A program made the translations under genes and the position numbers. From assembly GCA_001655205.1 (NCBI GenBank), contig LPNZ01005253.1:1-38462 (forward strand): DNA of 38,462 nucleotides, given 5' to 3'. Each line of letters starts with the position of its first letter. Position 1 is the first letter of the stretch. The notes under the pieces were generated by a model. The model saw only the letters and a program-made list of their open reading frames with translations, ran no database searches and was not told where the DNA came from. The stretch is from Lenisia limosa (taxonomy: Eukaryota; Protista; Breviatea). Of the stretch, positions 27,001 to 36,650 are shown piece by piece.

Positions 27001-30000
27001 GAGATACTGAAACAACTTGATCAACATTGAGAGACTCTTGTGGGACGGCGGGAGTAGCATGCTCATCGGCGGTGGCGGGAGTTTCTTGTTTAGTGCCTTC
27101 TTGGCTGACACCAGACTCGGACTCGGTGATTGGCTTTTCTTTGCCATTAGCGTCCAGATGGCCCGGAAGAAGGTCGGATGGAACTGCGGGCTCTGCTTCA
27201 GCCTCTTGGCCCTTGCTGGTGATGGGGTTGTTCGAGTTTTGTGCGAAAAACTGAAAGGGTAATAAGGTAAAGTGGTATTTTTTTAATGATAAAAATACGG
27301 TCTAATGTGTAATAGTGATATTAGAGGTAAAATATGACTTTGGCAGATGTTTGCCGCATAATAACATTGGAAACTGCTTTGTTTTTATGGAGTACATGAT
27401 ACCAGATCAAAAATAAAGAAAAGACTTCTATTCTCAAAAGTCCACATGCCCTCCATACCGAAGATGAAGGAGCGCTGACGTTTCCCTTGTTATTACAAAT
27501 ATTTGGCTTTTGAATGCGATAGTGGCTGAGGTCAGCCTTCGGGGCTTCCTCCCGCTTTTGGTTTCGTCGGAAGGCTTGTGACTGGTAAAGGGACCGGTCA
27601 ACTCGAGTGCTCCTTCGCTGGTTGATTTGCTAAACAATGAGGCGCGGCAAAATAAAATAGCGAGATTTTTACAAGAAAAACAAATGCACTTTTGAAATTA
27701 TTCCTACAGAAAAAACAAACCTGCGGGGAAATACTCTTCTTGCTGATTTTATTGATTGGCGGGTTGGCAAAGAAACTGTTCTTGGAGTTTAACTCAGCGA
27801 AGCAGTTTTCGATCTGCGTGCGAATATCTTCTTCCCCTTCCTCTGCCACTTTTTTTGCTTTCTGTTTTTCCTTTTTGAACTCCTCAAGGTCCTTCTCCGC
27901 TGTTTCATAAGAAGCCACCTCAATGATCGCAGTCTTGGGCTTGTCTGACTTTCCCTCTTCCTCCCTCTTCCTCTCCTCCTCTTTCTTCGCCTCAGCCTCA
28001 GCCTCCAAAGCAAGTTGTTGCTCTGCAGCGGCTACTTGCGCCAATTCCTCGCGTTCACGCTCGGCTTCCGCATCCTCCGCGGCCTGAAGCCGGTTCATTA
28101 CCATCATGGCAGCCTCAATTTCATCCTCACTGGGCCGGACATGTGGCTGGAACTCGGCTGGGATAAGCACAGTGCCCGACTGGACTCCAGGCCTGGATAC
28201 AGTGTCTTCAGCTTCTGGTGGCTGGGATGTTGGATCTTCGGATTTTTCAGATTTATCTTGTGGCGTTGGGGCGAAAACTTTTCTGGCGTTTTGTGACCAG
28301 TTGTGGTTCTTAATGATTTTAGCCGGGTCAGCCGCATGGGGATTGATGGACAGTTCTCCAGTAGTAAAGGTCATGGCGTTTTCCGGGGTCAGTGGTTGGA
28401 CTTGCGAGTCTCCAAACACCTTCGGAAGGTCGAAGTTCAGTTCAATCTTCTCTGCTTCGGTGGTAATAAGGCCGCGCTCAGCAGGCTTTTCTTCAATGAG
28501 ACTCGGGTCCTCCAGGGTCGGGAAAATGGTCAACAGAGGTTGTCTGTTGGGTGAAAAAAGGATATAATATTGCAATACGAGTAAAAAATACCATAGTTAC
28601 CCCCCCCCCCCCCCCNNNNNNNNNNNNNNNNNNNNNNNNNNNNNNNNNNNNNNNNNNNNNNNNNNNNNNNNNNNNNNNNTTCAAGGTCTTATCAGGCGAC
28701 ATGAAAACCTACAAGAAGGTTAGTTGAAGTTTATTGTCGAGGAGGGGTATTTTCTTTGCGGAAATACAGAAATAGCATAAGCATAATCAAAGAACAAAGA
28801 GTTCTTTTGATATTATTCGAGTTTCCTCTAAAAAGATTCGCAATAAATCCACGATAAGCGTAATAGAAATTTTTGGGCTTGAGAAGCAGTGAATGTCCCG
28901 TGCGAACCTTGAACTTTGGGTACTGGGCAAAGGTGGCAAATGACGCCTCAACTCGCTCGATGATTTGCGCCTCATATTCCTCATAAGGCACATCAGGGTG
29001 GGGGAGGGGGATGACCTGAACGCTCTTCTTCTTGCGACCTAGACGGTGAGGGGTATCTGATGGAAAAAAATTGAAGTATTTAAGAAAACGTCTCAAAAGT
29101 GGTGGGAATAGAAAATTAGGCACGAAAAAAGAAATAGAACAGTAACAGACCAGGGGGGTGATATTGGGGCGCAGGCTTCTTGGTGGGTGTTGAAGAGGGG
29201 ATCATTACAAGTGTAGATGCTACCCATTGACCCGCGTGCTGGCCTGCTGTGATGCTACATGCGTGAAAACCCACATGATATACATACATATTATGCATTA
29301 TATAAATAACAAATGTGGTCATGATATGGAAGGTTGGGTTTCAAAGGACAGTAGTGAATTCCGTCATGTCAGAGTATAATGTCCAAAAGAGCTCACGGTG
29401 TTGAAAGACCCTTAACATCTTCCGTCTTTTCGTATTCGTAAACCACCGGGTGGATCACAAGATCCGTTGATGGAACTGTAGGGTAAATCCGTTAAATGAG
29501 AAGTGGGGAAATGCATGCGAAAAAAAAAAATGTAGCTGTAATTATCTAATTTGTATCTAAAATGGAATATACTTGTTGTTAAGAGCAAGCAAACAACCAC
29601 ATACCTCCTTGAGGAACCTCCTGGGGAGTACCGAAACAGTCTGACACAATTGCAATCGAATGTATTCCGCCTAAACGTCAAAAAAAGGCTGAGGGCAACG
29701 CTAAACAAGGCCAAGGAATAGAAGGATTCAAACGGTATTCACAAGCCCCATTCCACCCTACAGTTGAACTTGGAATTAACTCGATAAGAAACATGAGCTC
29801 CCTCATGATACACACCAGTCTGCACCTCCGGAACCCTGTGTTGTTAAGACGATGTATCAGGAGATGGATAATTATCTACAATTCCTTGTTGACAGGGTTT
29901 CTTTTCAAAAAAAAGAGTCTGAAAATGGTGCCGTATCAAGAAATAAAGGATGTTGCCAGAAATTTGGTTTTTCCCTAACCCTACTTTGAACAGAGAGGTA

Positions 30001-31181
30001 GGGTTGCAGGTTTCGCAAGGTCGACACTAACAAAAGAATACTAAAACAATTAGCTATTATGAGGTAACCAGGTCTGTTCAAGAGCGATCTTCAAGAAAAC
30101 AAATGATTCAAAGGTTCTTGACCACTAGGGGTACTACAGTAACTGAGGGCTGTTGCAATAAAAATGACCTCTTATTGCACAGTCAAACGAGAGGCCAATT
30201 ATCTATTCTCCTCAAAATGCTGTTATTTAGGTATGCCAATCACTGCACCTCCAGAACGCTGTAAATTGCGATCAATATCCATCGTTAACTAAAATGCCAC
30301 TATCAAACCTCAGGGAAATTGACACCCATGATGCCAAATGCTGGCCGGGCAAACCCCTCAACTCGCTCAATTTTGGGGCTGCAAATGAAAACCTTGAGTC
30401 GCTGTTTTGGTAAGAAGAAAGACTGAAAGGTGGTAAATCTAATAAAATACTGGTACTCTTGAAAAATCCGTCCTAAAATTCAAATAAAGTCTTGATGTGA
30501 TCTAATTTAGAAAAGAGGGTTCGTCCAGGTTGAAAGTAGATTACTTTTAATGAGAGATGATCCGATTAACAATTTAAATCCTTGGTATGCAGGACTCAAG
30601 TGAAGCACCCCCTCACCACAAGATTTTTTTCGCATGGGGAAGAAAGGTACTCTATCACAGCAGGTAGGCCTAGGATATTGCGGAAGTGAAAGCTAAACAG
30701 TTAAAAGATAAACTGGTGCTCTAGTCTTTTTGACCAAGGGACTCACTCAGTTATCAAAACAATGATGGCGGAGATTTCATTTGAAGCGACGCTCCTGGAT
30801 TTGAGCAGGTCAGCCAGGCCATCAGTAGGGTTGGTGACGACAGCTACCGTGCCAAGTCGAACTACATGGTCAGAATGCCAGCGTAAATTTCACAATGCCA
30901 TTCCCCTCCTGTTTCCTTAAGTCCCTCCCTAGTATCCTTAAGTCCCTCCCTAGTCCTTACAAGACTAAAAAAACATCTTAATATCAGAACTACACTCGGT
31001 TACTCGTAACATCAGCATGAACTCATCAGAACAAATATGTACCGAATTGTGTATTGTAAAGCAAGGTTCAAAGCTCGTTTCCAGTTGCAATGTTAATAAA
31101 CAGCCTACTATGATGAGAGTGCTTGAAGACCGTCAGGTTTGTGTTAGCAACACAGGGGGGATGAGAGGGTTGATCCCCCAT
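24094..31181 (-). CDS. Divergent long-form tRNase Z (ELAC2/Trz1)-like metallo-beta-lactamase-fold protein, probably catalytically inactive, with a very large central charged insertion; could be two genes
   Basis: The N-half has VVTNPTDGLADLL...ISAIIVLITDFHFRNILGLPAVI (30617-30861), resembling the tRNase Z-L pseudo-His motif, and IAIVSDC...DLVIH (~29440-29660). The C-half has AIRFVGPPS (25822-25851), VSRVL-x9-H (~25485-25546), GFGFHY|VSALSGDKQDCQFL (~25150-25240), and an E/K-rich tail ending FSFREA* at 24094. Phase-consistent splicing can be traced from ~29260 to 25150, apart from two N-masked stretches; 29700-30600 and 24600-25000 are not resolved. Confidence 0.5.
30914..30954. repeat. 20-nt intronic direct repeat (period 21) just inside a 5' splice site
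   Basis: tccttaagtccctccctagt occurs at 30914 and 30935. Confidence 0.92.
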
Positions 31182-31438
31182 CCTAGCAATCTAGTGATAC
31201 CAACAGTTCTCGTGTCCGCAATTTTTTACACTTGTTTTCTATTGTTTTACTAATTTTGTTGTTGGTGGTACCAAGAAGAAGGCGGGAGGGGGAAAGAATT
31301 TCTGAATTGTGTTTTGGTGGAGATTCAATTCACGGTTTTTTTCTTTATAAGCAAAACACAAAGCGCAAACGAGTTGTTTCCCAGCCTCTTTTTCTGCCAC
31401 TTACTTGTCTATTAATCTTATATTTACTTTAAAACAAT
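31182..31438. promoter_or_regulatory. Probable bidirectional promoter (tRNase Z-like gene / CCDC130)
   Basis: Divergent start codons are about 257 nt apart; the left start is a prediction. Confidence 0.4.
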
Positions 31439-33426
31439 ATGGCAGAAAGAAAAGCCGTCAACAAGTACTATCCGCCCGACTGGGACCCCTCTAAGGTATG
31501 TAATGTGTTGTGCAAGATTGCCACATCAGAACAGTGCACAGTTATTACAAATTTGATTTCTTTATGTTATAGCTGAAATATTTTTTTTTATTTGAAGATA
31601 TGAGAGATGGCTTCTTCAGGTACATCTTTGCAATGCTGTGCAATCAGTCTTTCACCTCATTCAGGGGTCTCTAAACCGCTACCATCGCTCGCATCCTTTA
31701 AGAAAAAGAGCATCAAAACTCAAAACTGAGCACAGCCTCATTGTTCGCTTTGAAATGCCGTATAACGTGTGGTGTCTTGGCTGCAATAACCACATTGGAA
31801 AGGGTGAGCTGTAATCCACTTCAATAAATATTATGCTAGCGGAGTTTGCTTCATTGACATTCAAGGTAAGCGATATAATGCGACAAAGAAGGAAGTGGGT
31901 GCGTATTTCTCTTCGAAGATATTCGAGTTTCGGATGCGATGTCACCTTTGTCCCAACATCATGGTCATGCAGAATGACCCCAAAGTGAGCCCCATTTCGA
32001 ATATCAATTGCTAATGAGGGATCAAAATTTGATAGCGAATAACAGCTCTCTTTCCAATGACCTTGTAGAACAGTGACTATGCGATGATTTCTGGAATTCG
32101 ACAAAAAATTGAAGATTTCGATCCAGAAAGTGCAGGGCTGATTAACATTGATATCGACAAAACAAGGTCTGGAAGAACAGCTGGTCAAATGAATACATGA
32201 TTTCTTATTGTATCTTATGTCTTAGAGAGAAAATGGATGATAATCCCTTCTTCAAGTTGGAGCACAACGAGTGAGTTCGGGTCTAGAAATGTGGTTAAAA
32301 TTGAGAGACCTATTCTTTCATTGTACCATGGAGTTGGGAGTTGGCAAGGTTTATAAAGTGCCTATTTCAGTATATATTATTCAATTGTTTCAAATTGTCC
32401 AACAAAGAGAATTATTGAGGTGGTTTTCTTTTTTTTTGAATAATCTTTTTTTATATGTACAAGCTCGCTCGATTACGGGACAAACCCCCCACCCACAAGG
32501 AAGAGATATTCTGAAACCAGTTTACATTGTTTACTTAATAGAAATGACGAGGCAAAGGGGCGTGAAGCTTCCGTGGTGATTGCCGACTTGTTAGAGTTGG
32601 GAAAGAAGACTACTCGTGATAACTATGGCCAGTCAAAAGTCTTGAGGAAAGCTTTTAGGGTAAGGTTTGTTTCACTTTCGTCTTTCTGTTCGCTTTAATA
32701 CTGTCATCGTTTTTAAAAAAAAAAAAAAACTTGGTATCGATGGAAAATTGATATCTGGAAATAAATCATTTGAATGTGATTACAGTAATATAAGATATTA
32801 TTCGGACATTTCTTCCCCTTACAATTTAGGAACAGCGAAAAGGGCGGTACAAACAATTGGAAAAGGTATGTAGGGGTAGGAATGTAGAAACATCTATTTT
32901 CGCGATCATGTGCATATCAAGGGATTTTTCTTTTGCATTCTTTGATAACCTTTTCTTAGTTTCAATAGTGACATAACACTTCGTATTTTTTCCCTTCTAC
33001 TCCATAACTTGAAATTTCAGTCTTTTTGGAACCGAAGCGATATGCGCATGTACCAATTCTGACACGTCTGACATTTAGGACGCGGCTGCCAACTTACCTA
33101 TGGCTCTTCTGCCTGCATCTGCTGAGGATTACGCTGGGGCGGAAGAACTGACCAGAATGGCAAGGTATGTATGGTGCTTGTTAACACATGGGGAAGGGAA
33201 TGACAGGGTATCAATATTTACCGATTATTCAAGACTTTCGGTCTCTGAAGCCCCAATTCATTGGACACGTTTTCACGTAGCCCAGGAAAAAAGAGGCCGA
33301 TTTGGAGAAGAAGCTGAAGCTTGCCAAATCAGGGCCTATTTTCGCAGCGAAAAAGACCAAAACAGCCTTGGAGGTTGGGAGGGGGGTGAGGGTGTTGTTT
33401 TGTAGGTACTGCTCCTTCTTCCCTAA
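31439..33426 (+). CDS. CCDC130: CWC16/YJU2-family splicing factor, CCDC130 (YJU2B) type
   Basis: MAERKAVNKYYPPDWDPSK|GSLNRYHRSHPLRKRASKL...IVRFEMPYNVWCLGCNNHIGK|GKRYNATKKEVGAYFSSKIFEFRMRCHLCPNIMVMQNDPK|NSDYAMISG...DNPFFKLEH. Both CxxC pairs of the family zinc site are present. The last exons and stop position (33426 or ~33500+) are uncertain. Confidence 0.93.
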
Positions 33427-33697
33427 CCCCAAAAGAAAAAGCGAGATCAAATCCTGAGAATCCAAAGAAAGTCAAAAAGATGACATTAAGACGCTTTGAG
33501 CCCCCCCCCCCCTCTACAGCTGAGCAGGCTAGAGCATTTTAAAGTATTTTGCCGTATGCCAGTTAATATTATGTAACCGATGAACGTCCATGAAAGGAGC
33601 TAAATAATGGTATCAAGACGATAATGGAAATAACACAAAACAGGCGGGTTGGCCAAGTGTTTTCGGCAATGAAAGAGAAGAGCAGCAGAGTTTTCAA

Positions 33698-34995
33698 TTA
33701 CTCAATATAGTCAAGATCTTCAGGAATATCGAATTGCTTGTCAAGAACATTTCCCTGAAATACAATCAGACATGTAAAAAAAAAGTCATAGCATCAGATA
33801 TAATATAAATAAGGGGTTACAAAACGTCACCAACCTCAACGTTGAATGTTCTTGATGCATAGGACTTGAAATTGAAAATATTATCTGCAGTTGTAAAGTT
33901 GTTTTGACGGAAATAATTCCCAAAAAGATCACCAAAGCAGTGCCTGCCAACCAGTCCATCTGTTTGCCGACTCTTTTGCAACTTCAACTGCAGCCTCTGG
34001 AAAGGGTCAGCAACTCAACCCGACAGAAGACCCATCATCTCATTATCCTTGTTCTTACTCATATCTCTGAAGGCAGTTGGGTCACTTCGTGAGTACATGG
34101 CCAATTCCTGGTGATGTCAGATATATATGTATTTGATAACCTTAAAGAGTACTCCAGAAGAACTAACCAGAATAATTACGTTTCAATAATTGCTGAGGCC
34201 CAACCAACTTTATCTGCATCAGCAACTGCTTCTTTTAACCTCTCATACTCCTTCTCCAATTCAAGCCTCTCTTCCTGAGGGACAATTAGAGGAATTATTG
34301 CACCCGCAAATCCACACCACCAGCCTACTGTTTGCTCTCTTCCAATGCTTTCTTTCTCAATACTAGCCTTGAGAGCCTTCCTCTTGGCTTCGTGACTGTC
34401 ATGTTCGGCTTCGGTCTCTGCAAGCTTCCGCTTCCGCTTAACCGTTAAAGCCAAAATTAACATCTCTAGGACAGCATTCATGACCCCAAAATTTGACAAA
34501 ATACAGAAGCACCCAGCAAACTGTGGCATAAGACTTGGACGGAAAGGCCCAGTAATGCCACGACGATCCGATCTTGTCAGCGTCAACCATGCTGTCATCT
34601 ACCAATGACTGCAGGACCTCCTTCACAGATTGCAATACTGGGGAATCAATCTATTAAGAAAACTTGTGGATGAATATATTCTATCTATTATATATATAAT
34701 CAGACCCTCTGATAAACAATTTAGCTGATGTTGCACTCAGTACAAACTGTTAGAAGGTTGGCAGAAATCAATGCTTACCGACTCCACTCTACAGATGTAA
34801 GGAATTGCTGTGGATACTTTGTAGATTATATAAAAAGAAAACATAGCAAGTTGAAGAAGAGTACACACAGACCTACACACAGACCTTAGCCGCCATTTTC
34901 TCGACATCTTTCAGTTGAAAGTAATCCTCAGTTCGGACGAAGACATCAAGCACTTTATCGCGTTTTTCTTCAAATGATAATCCCTTTTTCACCAT
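33698..34995 (-). CDS. MND1: Meiotic nuclear division protein 1 (Hop2-Mnd1 recombination cofactor)
   Basis: [19 protein letters not shown]...[12 protein letters not shown]|SGV|[34 protein letters not shown], then coiled-coil exons, [15 protein letters not shown]|DNIFNFKSY and [13 protein letters not shown]. All are hallmark Mnd1 segments in the expected order. Confidence 0.97.
34862..34885. repeat. 12-nt tandem duplication of the MND1 intron-1 donor region
   Basis: tacacacagacc is repeated twice; the minus strand reads AAG|GTCTGTGTGTAG|GTCTGTGTGTA. Confidence 0.9.
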
Positions 34996-35137
34996 ATTGA
35001 ACAGCTTTGCGCTATTCTGTTATTCTGTTTTTCTGTTTTTACTTTCTTTATTTTTATAGTAGTGAATAGGTGGCTTGGACCCCCAGTATAGTTGTAATAT
35101 AAGTACAAAGTTCCGTTTCTTGGCTAATGTATTCAGA
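34996..35137. promoter_or_regulatory. Probable bidirectional promoter (MND1 / membrane protein)
   Basis: Divergent start codons are only 142 nt apart. Confidence 0.55.
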
Positions 35138-36301
35138 ATGGGAAAACCAAGAGATGTTAAAAAAATCAACACTAAAGAAGATAACACGGTAGCCGAAAAA
35201 GATAAGCAAACAGAAGCCTCCCCGGCAATTAAGCCCAAGTCGACTTGTATATCGCAGTATGGCCTTCTCTACCTTCTTCCCATTGCTGCCGCCATCTGTC
35301 TATATTTAATATACCCCCAAGAAGTTCCTAAGCTGGTCTCTCTTGTTGATAACGGTCTTGTTGATACTAAGCTCACACAGATTCTTCGATTTCCGACCTT
35401 GAAGTTCCTGATTCGGTAAGGCCCTCCAACGCCAAGACTCATTTCATCAGATAGGCCGAACTCCTTTTGCTGCTTGTTTTGTATCTTCGTTTAATCTTGC
35501 AAGATGGGAGCCGAATTTTGTGAGCAGGCAAGTTCAAGGGCTTGAGGAATTTCTTAGATGTCATTTGAGAAACGTCATATTTTAGATTTAGACTTCGATA
35601 TAATTAATACCACCATTCCCCCACACCTGCACCAAAGTCAGCCATTCTGGACAGAGTATGTTGAAATTAATAAGGAAAAAAGCGGCCGAGTTATTGCTCA
35701 AAGTCGGGGTGAAACCCTTGGAACATCAAATGGTAGGTGCTTAACTAATGCTATTGATTTTTGGTGATATGATTATAATTGGTGATTGTGTGTACGGCTT
35801 ACGTTAAATCCCCCCCCCCCTTTTTTTTTTCATATTGTACTTTGTACGTGTGGTTTTATTGGTGTGAGTTAACGGAGAGTTCACAGTTATAGTTTGGGGA
35901 AGTTCACTTGTCCGAGGTCTGATCGACACGAGCAACACCACAATCTTGGAATCTTGTTCCGCGCGGGATATCCGCTCCAAATTGTAAGGTGCAGACCAAT
36001 AAAGCAGAGGTGATATTGATGTGTTCACATTTCTAGGGTAGTTTTAATGCTTTTACCTACGCACTCAAGTGCAAGAATGTAGAAGCTATTGCCATGATCG
36101 CCAAATCAACAAGTGATGATTGCTTATTTTGAATTGGTATGCCAACATGCGCAGGGTGCGGGGGTACATGAAGATGACCGTCAGCTTTACGACCTGAACG
36201 AGTATTTGGAAGATCCCTTGGAGAGAGACTGGCCAAATCAGCCGGTGGAGAAACTGATCGGAGCAGTGCGGAATTACAAGCACCATAAGCGTGACCTTTA
36301 G
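35138..36301 (+). CDS. Hypothetical single-pass (signal-anchor) membrane protein
   Basis: The ATG at 35138 opens a charged N-terminus followed by the hydrophobic stretch YGLLYLLPIAAAICLYLIYP. Downstream exon-like segments include MSFEKRHILDLDF...GTSNG, EFTVIVWGSSLVRGLIDT... and QECRSYCHDRQIN. The frame of the last exon is ambiguous (stop near 36227 or at 36301). No family recognised. Confidence 0.6.
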
Positions 36302-36582
36302 GTATTTATCTGTTTCCTTTTCATTATGTACATTATTTAAATTGTTTGTGTTGTGCTCAGAGTTGTTTTTTTAAAAAAAAAACAAGGTGAAGACATAAAA
36401 ATATTTTTTTATAAAGTCCAAAACAGTGTAATGTATGAATCGCCTTGGTAACGAAAAATGTCTACATAAGACCAAATAACAATATTGTACAACACAGAAA
36501 ATAGAAAACAGTTCAAAACAAAATAAGAAAAGGTGACCAGGGCTGTTGACCTGAGTATGTGAAAACTGGGCTCAATTAACAA

Positions 36583-36650
36583 AAATCACAACCCCAATCC
36601 ACACACCACTGATTATAAATCACAACCCCAATCCACACCACTGATTATAA
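36583..36650. repeat. Near-perfect ~34-nt tandem duplication overlapping a stop codon and 3' UTR
   Basis: aaatcacaaccccaatccac(ac)accactgattat occurs at 36583 and 36617; the second copy lacks one ac. Confidence 0.9.

Larger units (their letters stand above)
1962..28679. other. Nine N blocks (gaps or masking): 1962-2044, 3182-3240, 5430-5516, 6878-7015, 12201-12288, 21556-21640, 23775-23860, 26532-26636, 28617-28679
   Basis: Seen directly. Four abut 12-17 nt poly-C or poly-G runs, and several interrupt coding exons. Confidence 0.95.

Noticed and set aside
1962-28679. N blocks as hidden mobile elements or a repeat family
   Set aside because: They are short (59-138 nt), often inside exons whose frame resumes, and often next to G/C homopolymers. 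Sequencing gaps or low-complexity masking fit better, and their content cannot be read.
4572-36650. Direct repeats as CRISPR arrays or transposon target-site duplications
   Set aside because: Each has only two copies, the units are unrelated to each other, and there are no spacers, inserted elements, terminal inverted repeats, or cas/transposase ORFs.
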